DNA of 64,000 nucleotides, from the NCBI GenBank assembly GCA_047495785.1, contig JBLDXI010000003.1:2046001-2110000 (forward strand), given 5' to 3'. The notes beneath the pieces are model-generated. The model did not search any database. It saw only the letters and a program-made list of their open reading frames with translations, and was not told where the DNA came from. The translations under genes were made by a program, and so were the position numbers. This DNA is from Lepidodermella squamata. Its lineage: Eukaryota; Animalia; Gastrotricha. Below, piece after piece: positions 45,864 through 58,555 of the stretch (positions are counted from its first letter, which is position 1; every line of letters begins with the position of its first letter).

Positions 45864-48697
45864 CTAATGCGGAAACGCGGCATATGACAATCTCGCAGCG
45901 CTGAGTCTCGGCATACTCATTCGACTCATTCGACTCATTCTGAACGCCTCTTCCTGAGGCGACATCGCGTTATTTCGTTGAATTAGCTACGAAATGAAAC
46001 AACGTACATAATCATCCAAGTTTTGTAAAAAAATAAAACTAACCTTATTTACGTAGTAGGAAATCGGTTGAACAAGACTGATGAACAGCGAGATAAAAGC
46101 ATAAACCATGGTCGATTTTTCGATATCCGAAGCATATATCACGCCTCCAACGAGTATCGCAAAAAATAATAGTGACATGGCTAATCCAAAGATAAGCGCG
46201 ATTTCGCCAACTTGGCTGTTATACTTAGCAACACGGTCCTGATGGGATATCAGATAATTATGAATAAATTCAAGGTAAAATAATGAAAAATTACAGATTT
46301 CAGCTTGAGACAACTCATAAGACTTCTTAGCATTAGACATCCATCAAAAATTGCGATGATTGCGATAACGGACAGTGTCACCTCGCTATCGGATTTTACT
46401 AAGCATTCTGTGGCGACAGTGCGGAATTCGATGCTGATATCATGAGCCGCAACTTCAGCTGTTCGAAGTATATCAACGGCTTGTAATGGGTCAACAGTCA
46501 TCCAAACAACTAGCAAGGTCGATTGAAGACAAAGCCAAGTCAAAATAAAACTGAACCGAATTTTCGGATTTTTCCCCCGTTTCAAGAGATTACATCGAAG
46601 TGTTTCAAGTTGGAAAGCGATGCCAACGACAATCAAAGTGAGTCCAGTTGCCAACAGTGCATACGCCATAGAGCAAGATACAACTACTTGATGAGAGATT
46701 GTTCCAGGGATAGCAAAAATATGACAGGCCAAGACCACTTGACCAACAGAGATTATATAAAATGGCTTGGAGTGTATGTCAACTTCGATGTCATCATCTT
46801 TCAAATGAACAGCAACGTGAAATATGTTAAGAATGATGACAAGTGTTGCCATTCCGATTAGGACCCAGTAGACAACTTGGTTGACCATTGGTACTTGTTG
46901 AATGACTATTTTTAGGGAATCTAAAGGGGGCCTTCCATCATGCGTTCTCCAATTGACATCGCCCGTTTCTGCCAGAAAAAATGACGTGTTGGCCTTCCGA
47001 ATAACCAATATGTTCACTGCCTTTATACCATAGGCAATGGGAGATCCGTCTACCCCAATCGTTTCATTTGTTCTCTGTAGCTGGTGGAAAGTGAAAGGGA
47101 GTAGGCCGAACCTATTCCCTCCATTCTGGGGGTCCAACTCGAAATCTCCGCCAAGGCTGCGAAATTTGAGTTTTGGCATCGTCCGAACCATCAGATCGTG
47201 AAGAACCCTGCCACTCAATCGATTTTTCTCCCCGCCCACCAGCCAATTAGCTATGGTGTCATTTGCCATGTTAAGCTCGAATTCTGTTTGATTTAACCAG
47301 AAGACTGCAGCCGTGACCATGTCATAGCAATGAAGACGCCAACCGCGCCAAACCGCGCTTCTCTCCGGGTTGTTGATTGCCTCGCCGATAAACTTACTGA
47401 ACTGAGCACCGCTGATTCCTAATGAATCTGTATAGGACGCCCCATATGCTGATAAGGCTGACGAAGATCCGTAGAATAGGCAGCTTTCTAGAACCTGGGC
47501 AAGCATCTCCTCTGTGCACCATGGGAATCTAGACGGATCTGATGGAGTGATATCATTGATTGGTTGAAGAAAGAACACATATCCAGGTCCATAGATGCCG
47601 TAGCTGTAAAGGAGGCAAGCCAGCTTAGCGAAGTAGTTGCTATTGATGAAAATGATCCGTGCGTTCATCCGCTTGATTTCCCCCACTGCTATTGCCATCT
47701 CCGAACCGTCAACCGGAACTCCGGGAATGAAAATTACCTTGGCGATGCCAATAATTGTCATGTTGTTCTGGGCTACAACCTGTTGCAAGGTGTTTTCGGG
47801 CTGAGGAAAGAAGGTTATTTATACATTTTCTGCAAATTCGAAGTAATACCTGATCCCACGTTGAGGTTGCTTCAGAAAGAATTGCTATCTTCTTCCAGCC
47901 AAACATTTTGCAAGCTTCAACTATGCGAATTGCACTGGTTGCGTAAGGGGATAGAACGAAGTAGTCATAGAAGTTTTTCCTTGCCAAGTACAACGGCTGG
48001 TATGCTGTGCTTTTCGTAAGCTTGATAAATGATCAAATGGGATACAGTTAAATACCCATGTGTCGTCCTTATTTTGCTCATGAATCTTTTACTTAATTCT
48101 TTAAGGATCTTTACTTTCTAGTCTGATTGCGAATTCATGTTAGGGCAAACAAGTCACTTGGTAATAAAGTTAAAACTACGCCTCTTTCAATCAAGAAATG
48201 GCCATAAGTAATAAGGAAGCTTCGGATAACATACCCCTGTGTAGTTATACTGCTTGAGCATCGATGCTGTATACATGTGCCCAGCGCATGGACTGCCCAA
48301 AATGAGCGGGACTCGATTCGACCCAGGAATTTCCATTGCGGTGATGAATTTTTTTACATGAACTGGCCTTGAACACTAAATTTTGGTATGTTTTAAATTG
48401 CTAATTTGTCACAAATGTAACCTCATCGTCGATTACTTCGATCTGAATGTTGTATTGCGGTAACAGATTTGTGTTTGAACGGATGCCATTCAATGCAAGA
48501 CGCATGGATTCGGTGCATATCGGGCCGATTGGATACAGAAATCCACCGTAATTTACAATAACAGGAATGCTGATATTTTTTCGGTTTCCGTCTGCTTTGT
48601 AATCCGCCTCTACTTTCAGAGGTGGTGGGTTCGTCATGTTGAGCTTGGAAAGCGCTGTTCTTATAACGCTAAGCAGTAGCAAGATCGGAATAAGCAT
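45864..48697 (-). CDS. Class C GPCR, GABA-B-like, subfamily B copy B1 (803 aa; exons 48697-48422, 48375-48235, 48020-47850, 47800-46295, 46238-46044, 45986-45864)
   Basis: Five phase-0 GT-AG introns give one continuous frame. NLLPQYNI, DDECS, FGWKKIA, ARIIF, HCYD and WRTHDGRPPLD motifs; 7 TM. Confidence 0.88.
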
Positions 48698-48780
48698 TTT
48701 TTATGGACAATTTGATTTTTATCAATACTCGTGCATCAGTTGTAGATTTCGAAACTTGAAATGTAATTGGATAGTCTTGA

Positions 48781-48916
48781 TAGCAAAACGCGAGAATGTG
48801 GTAAGATGCGTAATTCCACTAATTAAATTGGCTTTTTTCCACGCCAAACGCCCACATTACAGCGAACGCTATGCCATCAGCAATGTTTGACATTTTAGGC
48901 GTGCCTTGCATCCAAA
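48781..48916 (-). promoter_or_regulatory. Conserved upstream motif blocks shared by B1 and B2 (B2 copy at ~53337-53459)
   Basis: Collinear blocks tagcaaaaYgcg, gatgcg, ctaattaaatt, agcgaacgcta and tgcatccaaa sit in otherwise diverged 5' flanks. Confidence 0.55.
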
Positions 48917-50614
48917 ATTGTCTAATCAATCTGCTAGCCAAAATCCTCAAAAATTAGCCAGATAAATTCCATTTTTAGTCGGTCCCAAATAGCGGTGTAG
49001 AATCTGCATTTATGAAAGGAAGGGTGATCATTGTTTGTCATTACCAGAACTATAAGTTAAAAACATCAGCTAAAGCTCGCGATTGGATGAATGAGCTTAA
49101 TGGAATAATATTACATATATAAGCATGCAGGAAACTTCAGCTTTACAAGGCTCGAGATTTGTCGCTATTGGTCCACGTTCAGCCTTCTGGGCCGTAACCC
49201 CAACTCGAGAGTTCCAGGCATGAAAAAACAAGATAACCACAGGGGTCAGATAAATTCGAGGTTGAAAATACCAAAACTTACCCCCTAGTGTTGTAGTAGG
49301 TTTTCGTTTTTCCTCCTCCGTTCACCACGTTCACCGTCAACACTACCTACCTTGTCGTATGCGGAGTCAAAATCGGTCGGATTACCGCCGCCTGGGCTTG
49401 TCTCTCGCGGCAATCAAGCCACCAAGTTGTTTAATGCCACCAAGGCTAAGTTATTGCTTTCTCCCCTCAACCACAGTGCGCCCAGCCTCGCGCTTAGCTC
49501 AGTCTCAGTGGGTCTAGGATTCCGCAAGTTCGTGTTTCGCGCCTCCACGACATCATCTTCGACAAGGAGCTGACCAGGAAACCCCCCATGGATATTGTGC
49601 TCGAGCCTTTTTCAAGGATAATAAAAAAAATTCGTTTCGTTTTGGAAATCATGAAGTAGAACAATGAACTTGCGAAGAGATGGGGATACAAAAATCAGCA
49701 AGAACCAAGCCACGGCGGCATCTATTCTTGAAATTCAGGAGTGTCTCGCAAGCCTGCTTAGCGTTCACGAAATCGCACCGAGATTTGTATGCCGTTGCAC
49801 ACGATGGAAAATTTGACAGAGTGAAAGATGGCAAATACCAGGTTAGTCTGAGCAGGCGATAGCGCTGCTCTAGCACACAAACGAAATCATCGAGACCGAC
49901 ATTCATAGCAATTATTATGGAGAACATAATCGCGACGGAACTGTGTCTTCGCAGCAGACGTGAAGGACACAAACACTTTTAATTAGCGACGGAACAGATT
50001 GGGATCACAAAATGCCGACAATTCCGAATCAGAACGACATCACCTAGCCGGTGATTTTCCCCTTAAAGAAGCTGCAAATTGCTATAATTAGCGTGCAGCA
50101 TGTTATCAGGTTGCTTTATAGTTAAGCTGCTAAAAGTTGTTATAATAATAGCAAGCTTTTCGGTGCTATTATAATTTTGAGCTCAATTGTGAAATGCGAC
50201 TGGTATGTACCTAACCCAGCGCACCAAGTAGGATCTTCGACTAGTGGTATTTTATGACCAAATTGTTTGACTAAAGGGTCCCCCTGTTGTTTTTGGGGGT
50301 TTCCACCTTGGCCTTGCGAACTGAAGTACCCCCCATTCCCCCGGTACTTCGCGCACTGCTCCTAGACTTGTCCTTCTCCGACAAGCGGTTTGCTTGGCAG
50401 ATTGCCTCAGTGACTTGCCCGGTAGGGTGTGTACACCATAGTGATTTTTACTCTTCATTCTTCATCAAGCCTGTCTTTTTATTTTACTGTCTCTTCCTTT
50501 AAATGCAAAAGTGCGAACGAATAAAAAAATGTCATGTTATGTTAATTAGTTACAAATCGAAGTTCAGCTAAATTTTGTTCCTAATGAGCAAGCGCGACGC
50601 TACGCTGAAGTCGA

Positions 50615-53251
50615 TTAACGCCTCTTATTACTGCGGGGTTGCTTATTTCGTTGAATTAGCTATGGGAAAAAGATAATTAGAACATCATCCATAGTCTTGT
50701 CAAAAATATCGAACCTTAGTGACGAAGTGGGAGATCGGCTGAACAAGGCTGATGAACAACGAGATGAAACCTATAACTGTCGTCGATTTTTCGATATCCG
50801 AAGCAAATATTACGACCCCAACGAGGGTCGCAAAAAATATGAGTGAAACGGTTAATCCAAAGGTAAGCACAATTTCACCAACTTGGCTTTTGTGCTTAGC
50901 AACGCGGTCCTGTTTAGAAAAAGTTAAACATAAAGTAGTTCAAGGTTAAATAATAATTTGTAAAATTACAGATTTCAGCTTGATGCAACTCATTAGACTT
51001 CTAAGCATTAGAAACCCATCAAGAATTGCGATGATTGCTATAACGGACAGCGTCAGCTTGCTATCGGATTTCACTGAGCATTCTGTCGCGACTGTGCGGA
51101 TTTCGATGCTGATAGCCGCAACTTCAGCTGTTTGAAGATTATCAACCGCTTGTAGAGGGTCAGTAGTCAGCCATATAATCAGTAAAATTGACTGCAGGAA
51201 AAGCCACGTCACAATGAATCTAGACCTAATTTTCGGCTGTTTGACTCTTTTCAAGAGATTACTGCGAAGTATTTCAAGTTGGAAAGTGATCCCGACGACA
51301 AGCAGGGTAAGGCCGGTTGCCAGCAGCGCATACGAGATCGAGCAAGATATAACAACTGAATGGGAAATCGTTCCGGGGATTGCAAATATATGGCAGGCTG
51401 AAACCACTTGGCCAACAGTGATCAGATAAAATGGAGTGAAGTTAATGGCTCTCTTTTTCAAAACACTTTGGGAATGTACGCCCACGACGATATTATTCTC
51501 CTTGAGATTAGCAGTCGCGTGCAAAATGTTCAGAATGATTACAACGATTGCTAACCCGATTAAGACCCAGTAGACAACTTGGTTGACCATTGGGACTTTT
51601 TGAATGATAATTATGATGGAATCCAAAGGAGGTTTCCCATTGTGCGTTCTCCAATTGGCATCGCCCGTTTCCGCCAAAATAAATGACGTTTCCCTTGTAC
51701 TCTTTTGAACGACTAGGACGTTGACTGGCTTTATACCGTAGGCAATGGGAGCCCCGTCTGCCCCAATTGTTTCATTTGTTCTCTGAAGTTGGTAGAAGGT
51801 GAAAGGCATGAGGCCAAACTTGTTTCCTCCATTCTGAGGATCCAACTCAAAATCCCCGCCGAGGGTGCGAAATTTAACTTTCGGCATTGTCCGAACCATT
51901 AGATCGTGAAGAACCCTACCGCTCAATCGATTTTTCTCCCCGCCCACCAGCCAATTAGCTATGGTGTCATTCGCCATGTTGAGTTCAAACTCAGTTTGAT
52001 TAAGCCAAAATACAGCGGCGGTGAGCATATCATAGCAATGAAGACGCCAACCCCGCCAAACTGCGCTTTTCTCAGGACTATCGATTGTCTCGCCGAGAAA
52101 CGTACTGAACTGAGAACCGGTGATTCCTAAAGAATCAGTGTAAGACGCTCCATATGCAGATAAAGCTGATGAAGTTCCGTAGAATAGGCAACTCTCCAGA
52201 ACCTGGGCAAGCATTTCTTCTGAGCACCAGGAAAATCGAGACGGATCTGTTGGAGTTATGTCGTTGACAGGTGGTGAAAAGAACACAAAGCCAGGCCCGT
52301 AGATACCATATCTGTGAAGGAGGCAAGCCAGCTTAGCGAAATAGTTGCTGCTGATGTAAATGATTCGTGCGTTCATGCGTTTGATTTCTCCCACTGCTAC
52401 TGCCATTTCCGAACCATCAACTGGAACTCCAGGGATGAAGATTACCTTGGCTGTGCCGATAATTGTCATATTGTTCTGGGCTGCAACTTGCTGAAAGGTT
52501 TTTTCCGGCTGGGGCAAAAAAACAATTAAACCTATTTTCCGGACATTCGAAGCAATGTACCTGATCCCACGTTGAGGTTGCTTCAGAAAGAATTGCCACC
52601 TTCTTCCAACCAAACATTTTGCAAGCTTCAACTATGCGAGATGCGGTGGTTGTGTAAGGGGATAGAATAAAGTAGTCGTAGTAGTTTTTCCTTGTCAAGT
52701 ACAAGGGCAAGTATCCCGTACTTTTTGTGAGCTTGAAAAGACGCATTTGTGTGACGTTGTGTAAAATAAATTATAGGAAGGCTTACCCCAGTGTAGTTAT
52801 ATTGCTTCAGCATTGATGCTGTATACATGTGACCAGCGCATGGACTGCCCATAATGAGCGGGACTCGATTCGACCCGGGAATTTCCATTGCATCGATGAA
52901 TTTTTTAACATGAACTGGCCTTGAGCACTATATTTCTATCTTAAGTAATGAAAACTGTAATGAACCTATGATTACCTCATCGTCGATTACTTCGATCTGA
53001 ATGTTGTATTGCGGTAACAGATTCTTGTTGGACCGAATGCCATTCAAAGCAAGACGCATGGATTCGGTACATATCGGTCCGATAGGATACAGAAATCCGC
53101 CGTAATTCACAAAAGCAGGAATGCTGATATTTCTACGGTTCTCGCCTGCTTTGTAATCAGCCTCTACTTTCAAAGGTGGTGGGTCCGTCATGCTGAGCTT
53201 GGGATATGATGTTTGTACAACACCAAGCAGCATTAAGAACGATTTAAGCAT
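50615..53251 (-). CDS. Class C GPCR, GABA-B-like, copy B2 (exons 53251-52976, 52927-52787, 52731-52561, 52508-50970, 50909-50715, 50659-50615)
   Basis: Same exon/intron structure as B1 and high similarity; shorter C-tail LIQRNKQPRSNKRR*. Confidence 0.88.
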
Positions 53252-55334
53252 TTTTATTAAAAATGTGATTCTGTCCATAATCGAGGATGACTTACAGACT
53301 TTGAAACTCGATGTAATATGATAGTCCCGAAGAAACTAGCAAAATGCGGTACCGTGTACGATGCGAATTTCTGCTAATTAAATTCTTACAAAAGCCTACG
53401 TTGCCTGCGTCAAAGCGAACGCTACACTATCGGCAGGTCCGGAAAAATGTGCATCCAAAGCTATCTCTGTCTCGATCTTGTAATTGGAATGAGTAGTTCT
53501 ACATCACACGGTACGCTCTCCGTCGGTCGGGTTCAATTATTTTCACCGCGCAATCGTCGCAGCTAAAATTTCGTTAAGGATTACTTTTTTGCTGAAGCCA
53601 TGCAATCCCGTGAGTGTGTATAAAACGCAGGATTCTCAGGATAGGAAAGCGGAACATCACACTGATCAGAACTCTACATTCTATACATTCACTTCGTCAA
53701 CATCTGCTCAAATGAGGATTTCTCCCTAAAACGTGGCTCCCACTGACCCCTCCGGAGTGATATCAAGTGAAGTAGTTTTACCCATAACTCGCCTATAACT
53801 ATGATTGTAAACGGAGGTTGATGTAAGAATCAAGTAAGGCGATTTCAGATATGAAGGTTCAGATATGAAGGAACCATCGAAGCTTGGTGGGTCATTAGGG
53901 CTGTAATGGAAGGACTTGATTGACCGATCGACCTAACAGTCACCTCTGCAATCTTACCAGCGAAAGCAAGCCTCCGAAATAGATTCGTGCGATAAATTGG
54001 CAGTAGACGGAGTGACAGAACGCCGCACGTCCACAGCAAAAATAACTTTTGCTGATGCGCAGACAATAAATTAAGTTACGAATGAATGCAAAATTAATTA
54101 CCACATTAAATGATCAGCAAAAATGAGAATCTTTGCTATCTGATTTCATCAATCAGCGGATGAAACTTGGAAAAAAAGGAAATTGATCGCGTTTAACAAT
54201 TATATTTTTTGTAAGATATCGTATTATTGCACGATAGAATATATGAGCTGCGTATAAGACATCATGAGAATTTGAATATTTGATGACAACTGTGGTTCAA
54301 TCATTATTCAATCATGAATTGCAATTTCAACTTTCAGCCGATTAAGCACCGCCAAATAGCTTAATATCTTGCCAATTGCCAATATCAAATAAATCCCTCT
54401 TTTTAACAGGTTTTTTAACTAGGTATCGCTCAATACCTGAAGAATGCGGGAAGATCGTCGTCGTCGGTGCCGCCAAAATTATTCTCTCCAAGCTGTTTAA
54501 TTTTGAGATGAATCCAAAAACAGCTTTATTTTCGAAATTGTCAGTAAAAAACTTGGGGTAGTTGATCATGGCGGATCGAATGGCGCCGGCCATTATCACC
54601 CGTGATGCACCGTTTTCGCGCCATCGAGACATGGTTTGGACGTTGGGCATAATACTGTTTTGTACTTCTTTTTGTGTTATGGTTTTTTTTACAGAGGGTG
54701 GTTCGTTTCCTCATGCACACACCCATTTTTTAAGCTATTTTATTTTTAAGCGTGAAAAAGAGGCATCAACATCGCCCTGCTGTGGTTCGATTCCTTATGC
54801 ATATGCATCTATTTTTTCGGCGATTTTTACATCACCATTTTGCTCGCGATTGAGTGATTCTTTGCTAGACATAATACTTTTGGTGCCCTTTCGAACTCAT
54901 GCCATGGACATAATACTATTGATTCTGCCGACAAAGTGACCTAGCAAAGGCACAAAAGTGGACATAATATTTTTTATCCCTGGCGAATTTTGAGATGCGG
55001 TTTTCAGAATAATGACCGGCGTTAAATTCTGAGCCCGAAACTGTAGAAAACTCATTTTCGATTTTTCATGGAGATGATACGACGATATGGAAACAATCAA
55101 GTATTTCACTGCGGCTTGCTCAACATCGTATTAATAGTAACGGCAAATTCGGCCAAAAAATTTGGTGTGAATGCCCTGCGGTTTTAGTTGCGACGGAGGA
55201 AGCTAGACCGAAAAAATTAGAATACCGTAAATGCTGTAATAGTAGCTCATTGGCTAATTGTAGCCCACTCCGATTAGAAGATCATGCAAACAGCGATACA
55301 TTTCGTCGTCGGCTCGGAAAAAGTTCAACGTCCA

Positions 55335-56053
55335 TACTAAAGAAAAAAAATGGTCCGGATTCGGGGGATGCATAATTGATTATTACAAGCAATTCTGTCC
55401 GAATTCATACCCCTGGGGCCTGCTAATTCGGGGGGTTACCTCCGTAAGGTCCAAATGTAGGGGTTCAAAATTAATTATTCTCATAGGCATTCGGACCTTG
55501 GCAATTAATTAATGCAATTTTTGAAAAAATTGTCAATATTCAACGAATATTTTTATAGTTTTAAAATGTTATTTATATTTCAAAATTCAAGTACCTGGTA
55601 GTACCTGGTTGTACCAGGCAAAAGGTAACTGATGGCTCCGAGACACAATAAAAGTAACCGGGGACCGGGGTCGGAGATTCTCCACCCAGGACTACTCGGC
55701 AACCAGTGATACTATTACCCAGTTCGTTCCACGAAGTCTTACGAGTCCTATGTTAATCCAAGTGATTGTCTCGTGTGCCAATTTTTCAGCGAGTCGACCT
55801 TCGGTCATGAATACGACTCTGACTCGATGCCTAATTAGCATATGCACACGTGAAATATATGACTACAATTCTGGAGTTTTTAATTCAATTACTCATCCCC
55901 TAATAGCATACCGCCTAATTCGGGGGATGCTCGATTAATATGGTATGAATACATAGCTCTGAAAAAACAGCACTTTGCAACCCCCTAATTTTAGGGCCTA
56001 CCCCTGAATTCAGATGGAGCATCCCTTGATTTCAGACCATATTTTTTCCAGTG
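55335..56053. mobile_element. Non-autonomous CACTA/EnSpm-like DNA transposon remnant
   Basis: Imperfect ~36-bp TIRs (tactaaagaaaaaaaatggtccggattcgggggatgc / gcatcccttgatttcagaccatattttttccagtg), flanking 2-bp CA duplication, subterminal ttcggggg repeats. Confidence 0.6.
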
Positions 56054-56645
56054 CACTTGGCTGTAAATGACGCCTTGACGGATTCGTGATCTTCTCATCG
56101 CGCTCTACAATAATTTAAAAATCCGGTTTATGGTTCCGAATAGTTAAAATCACGGTGAACGTAGCTGTTATTTTTTGTATTTTTCACAGCTAGGTAACGT
56201 AATAAAATCGTGAAAAAATTATTTGGGGTTTTAAATAAGAAGCAATCAATTCCATATATTAGGTCGAAATTGAAGCAGTTAATGCATGGTCCAAGTCGGT
56301 TCAATTAGGATCTTCATTCTGATACTTGGGGCGACCTTGGATGACTGTTTTGTGATTTTCTGGAAATTTTAAAGAATTCCGCCCACAAAAACAATGCAAA
56401 AGTAACTGATGAGGATTCAATCCTGAACCTTTGTGTAAGCACGAGGCGCAGTTGAAAAAAAAATCCAGCGAGGAGTCAGTGTTCAAAATCAATGCAAAAC
56501 CACTATCAAAGATTTGCGAAATTTCCACAAAAATCAGGAAAACAATCATCCAAGGTCGCTCATAGTATCAAAAGGTAGGTCTTGGCCTGAAGAATCTAAT
56601 TTCCCCAAAACCTCGTTCAATTGTACGGTGAAAATCAAAAGTTAC

Positions 56646-56739
56646 GCACGGTCAGGAATTTGCTAAGTTGAAACAAAAAATATCTCACACGCGCCCGAAC
56701 TATTTTTAGCTCCAAGCTTGGGTTAAACTCAGCTAAAAA
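56646..56739 (+). repeat. Interspersed repeat with a direct copy at ~59128-59210
   Basis: gcacgg(tg)tcaggaat..gct.agttgaaacaaaaa...ctatttttagc..caag.ttgggtt.aa.tcagctaaaaa occurs at both sites. Confidence 0.75.
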
Positions 56740-56910
56740 TTTATACTTTGTACCTTTGTGCCTTTGGGGTCGAATTTCGGAAAAAAAACGTGAACACAGA
56801 AAACAGCTTCTCAAAAAAAGTTAATAAATTATATATTTTTTATTCGAAGTGCACTATCATACATATTTTTTCATAAAATCGTGTTTTTCAGCCAAATGTG
56901 ATTAGGAATT

Positions 56911-56991
56911 GGGGTTAGGGGTTAGGGTTAGGTGCCAGGGTTAGGTTTAAAGTTTGGTTAGGGTTCAGGATTAAGGTTAGGGTTAGGGTAG
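56911..56991 (+). repeat. Degenerate interstitial telomere-like (TTAGGG)n tract
   Basis: ggggttaggggttagggttagg...ggttagggttagggtag. Confidence 0.8.
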
Positions 56992-58324
56992 TTCGAGTTT
57001 CGGGTTTCTACGAAGCTCGATTTTTGGGCCCTTGCGCTGCCCCAATAACCATTTTCATGCGGAAAAAATTGACTACGCTTCCGGAACCCCGTTTTTCTTA
57101 TACATAAACCGAAAACAAGTCATCTGGCATTCCCCTAATGTTTTCAACTTGAATTTTTCAGCTTGAATTTAATGAAAAAATACGTATGAAAGTTAATTTT
57201 GTGCACCCTTTTTTATTACTGAGAGAGCACAGTCAAGGTAAAACCCATGCGGAATTTCGTCCCAAAATCATCTTTTGTTTGGTAGTTGGTAGATACGAAG
57301 GGGGGTCACAAATCGACATTTGGGTTGCATGCTTATAATATTTCTAAAAATATATTATTACCCCCCAATCACTTTGGGGCTTGTGCCAAAAAGACGGGCA
57401 ATTTTAAACAACAAAAAAGATCGACAAATAGCGACAAATTTTCTCGTAAACAAAATATATGCACTCAAGCCTTTACTATATTTATTTATCTATGCCCGGT
57501 ATAGTTACTGTTGAGATGCCATACATCACAATTCTTGTGTTCACGTGAATATTTTATTAGGGGCCTCTTTTTCATCGCTTTCCTTTTTCCACGGCGATAC
57601 ATCGGCGGACTTCATAGCAGAATGGCTGGTAAATAATTAGGCACGCGCCACATTTTCTGAGGTTCAAAATAATCTATTACTGCTTTTTATGATATTATTT
57701 CCCGTGGTATTGCACCGCCACGTTTTAACCGAGGCCGAAGATCTATCACAATAGAGCTCTCAATTCGATAGCTTAAGTGCGACCGGATTTTTCGTCAATA
57801 AAAAATAATAATAATAATTGTCGCAAAGACGTTTTCCTTTTATGACGATCATTTTACTGCTGTGATTAAATTGGCTGTGCTTTGAATTAGCGAAAAACAA
57901 ATGACAATAAATTTGACCGACAAAAATTGTGGCACGCGTCTGATTATTTGCTGGTCCTTCATGTCAATAGCTTTCATATCACTGATTAGGTATCATTATT
58001 ATTACCATCATCATTGCCATTTACGACGACGAAGAGGCCGTTATAAAAGGAAAAAAATATATTCACGTGGACTCATGAACGCTGAAAAATATAGATTGGC
58101 ACAGGAAAAAGAAAAGCCAACCCAAAGCGAGGGTTATTTTCGAAGTTGTCATTATGGTGATGTCGACTCTAATCAACAAGGCTGGCTTTATTTGGCAAAC
58201 AAACCAGGAGCCAATAGCTCGGCATTAGCCGTGACCTACTTTTTGCCAGCCTCTTTTATTGCCATGATTATTTATAGAAATAGGTCAAAAAGCTCCATTT
58301 CGGACAAATATTGCCCAACTTTAA

Positions 58325-58555
58325 CCCTTTCACGGCGGAATTTTTTTCAGCCAAGCAAAAAAAAATTCGGTTTAAAATTTTAAAATGGATCGTACTCTGA
58401 GATGGGAAGTGATAATAAAATTTGAGTTTCAGATTCTTGTAGGCAACATCCGAAAGTAGTATTTTGCCAATGGGGATAGAAAAATTCGTAAAATTGATGG
58501 AATCGTGAATTATCAAAGTCGAAATTCCGACTTCGTCCTTCCCGCCGTGAAAGGG
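58325..58555. mobile_element. piggyBac-type MITE (231 bp)
   Basis: Perfect 14-bp TIRs CCCTTTCACGGCGG / CCGCCGTGAAAGGG, each flanked by TTAA (58321-58324, 58556-58559). Confidence 0.88.

Noticed and set aside
49600-49990. Possible decayed 7TM (TM5-TM6) receptor fragment on the minus strand
   Set aside because: Only vague resemblance across frameshifts and stops; needs tBLASTn.
53800-54940. Short ORFs 53845..54066, 54342..54650, 54562..54939
   Set aside because: No domain evidence; adjacent to repeats.
56911-56991. True telomere or chromosome fusion site
   Set aside because: Short, degenerate, single orientation and embedded among TE remnants.
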